Part shown: piece after piece, positions 63,013-64,000 of the stretch | Layout of the letters: each line of letters starts with the position of its first letter | How positions within the stretch are numbered: the stretch's first letter is position 1 | Assembly (NCBI GenBank): GCA_035285545.1 | Contig: JAYKGY010000021.1 | Coordinates: forward strand, 12,127-76,126 | DNA: 64,000 nucleotides | Direction: 5' to 3' | Origin: Snowella sp. | GTDB lineage: Bacteria > Cyanobacteriota > Cyanobacteriia > Cyanobacteriales > Microcystaceae | Program-made: the position numbers and the translations under genes | Notes under the pieces: model-generated | Seen by the model: only the letters and a program-made list of their open reading frames with translations | Told to the model about the DNA's origin: nothing | Database searches by the model: none

Positions 63013-63744
63013 TCAATTTTCTTGGGGATAGCGTTCCCATAAATCTGTAATTTGGCGTAAACTTTGGTACTCTCCATTTCCTAAAATCAGGTGATCTAAG
63101 ACAGGAATTTGCAGATATTCCGCTCCTTGCAGCAGTAATTCCGTTAATTGGATGTCTTCGGGACTAGGATCAAGACTACCGGAGGGATGATTATGGGCAA
63201 CAATGAGTCGGGTGGCACCTTGTTTAATGACTTCTCGAAAAATTTCACGGGGATGAATTAAGGTTTCAGTTGCAGTACCGATGGTAATGACTTTAGTGGC
63301 GATTAACCGATTTTTGACATCTAACATGGCGATCGCGAAATGTTCTTGAGACTGCCACATTAATTCATGACCCAAGGCCGCGGCAACCGAGGCGGGGTTA
63401 TCAAGAATCATACGTTCAAGGGGGCGCGATTGAAAAACCCGTTTCCCCAATTCCACTGCCGCGAGGATCGTCGTCGCTTTTGCTGGGCCAATGCCTGGAA
63501 AATTCATCAATTCTTGAGGATGAATATCCCGCAAGACTTCCAGGGGATCTCGTTTATGTTGCCCCAACTGCTGAAGAATATGTTGCCCCAAACCGACCGC
63601 CGAAAGTTTTCCTTTTCCCTGACCCGTTGCTAGGAGAATGGCTAAGAGTTCAGCGTTTGATAAATGTTTGGAGCCTAAACTCAATAATCGTTCTCTAGGA
63701 CGCTCGGTGCTAGGTAAGTCGGCAATTCTGAGGCTATAGGTCAT
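63013..63744 (-). CDS. radC: RadC / JAB-domain protein
   Basis: ERPRERL, GIGPAKA, IHPREIF, AHNHPSG, LDHLI. Confidence 0.95.
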   Translation of the reverse strand: MTYSLRIADLPSTERPRERLLSLGSKHLSNAELLAILLATGQGKGKLSAVGLGQHILQQLGQHKRDPLEVLRDIHPQELMNFPGIGPAKATTILAAVELGKRVFQSRPLERMILDNPASVAAALGHELMWQSQEHFAIAMLDVKNRLIATKVITIGTATETLIHPREIFREVIKQGATRLIVAHNHPSGSLDPSPEDIQLTELLLQGAEYLQIPVLDHLILGNGEYQSLRQITDLWERYPQEN

Positions 63745-63874
63745 AATTGTCGCTCAATCTCAATTTGTATATCTTTGACTTGTTATACACTATTGCAGAT
63801 GGTTTTACAATGAGATCGCGATCGCCGTCTATCCCTTTTCCTCGCTATCCTAACTATCAGGATTTTTTCTTAGA

Positions 63875-64000
63875 TAGGACTTACGCATTGTTAAAAAGAA
63901 CAAAATATGCAGTCATCAGGTTAAAAGAGAAGGAGTATAGCGTTCAAGAATAAATTGACGAATCACGGTAATAAATAACTGCCGCGAAATCGCATAGAGA
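63875..64000 (-). mobile_element. IS701-family element end, transposase 3' end running off the window
   Basis: TAGGACTTACGCA at 63875; minus strand reads LYAISRQLFITVIRQFILERYTPSLLT*; clearly homologous to 51838-51960. Confidence 0.8.

Noticed and set aside
63747..63953. 68-aa plus-strand ORF
   Set aside because: Spans the radC upstream region and the IS701 end on the antisense strand; likely spurious

Overview
Chromosomal window of a unicellular cyanobacterium. The HIP1 octamer GCGATCGC is scattered throughout and the gene content is Synechocystis/Chroococcales-like; the taxon is inferred, not proven. Most of it is housekeeping: VKOR-Trx, glk, nhaS1-like antiporter, frr-pyrH, GH57, gshA, trmL, nlpD, tRNA-Met, an ECF Ni/Co transporter, dnaJ-type chaperone, putA and radC. 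Accessory blocks: (i) an AT-rich, HIP1-poor island (~8.9-13.4 kb) with a membrane-anchored PLD-like gene, an ABC-type ATPase coupled to a TOPRIM-like DUF3226 gene, DUF29, DUF433 and a DUF433 relic, which is a candidate defence system; (ii) a divergent zinc-starvation cluster (WD40-COG0523 / Zn-independent hemB-znuACB) with two Zur boxes; (iii) a sucCD pair that has lost its catalytic residues; (iv) a circularly permuted ATP-grasp / alpha-E / transglutaminase operon with HLR1- and NtcA-like sites and an internal (TATTAAC)8 array, followed by a HIP1-free NTPase + TPR module and gshA. Manual translation also found IS630, two IS701, TnpB and DUF433 relics, and a partial DUF389 gene missing from the ORF track. 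Family assignments come from recognising motifs by eye; no database search was run.
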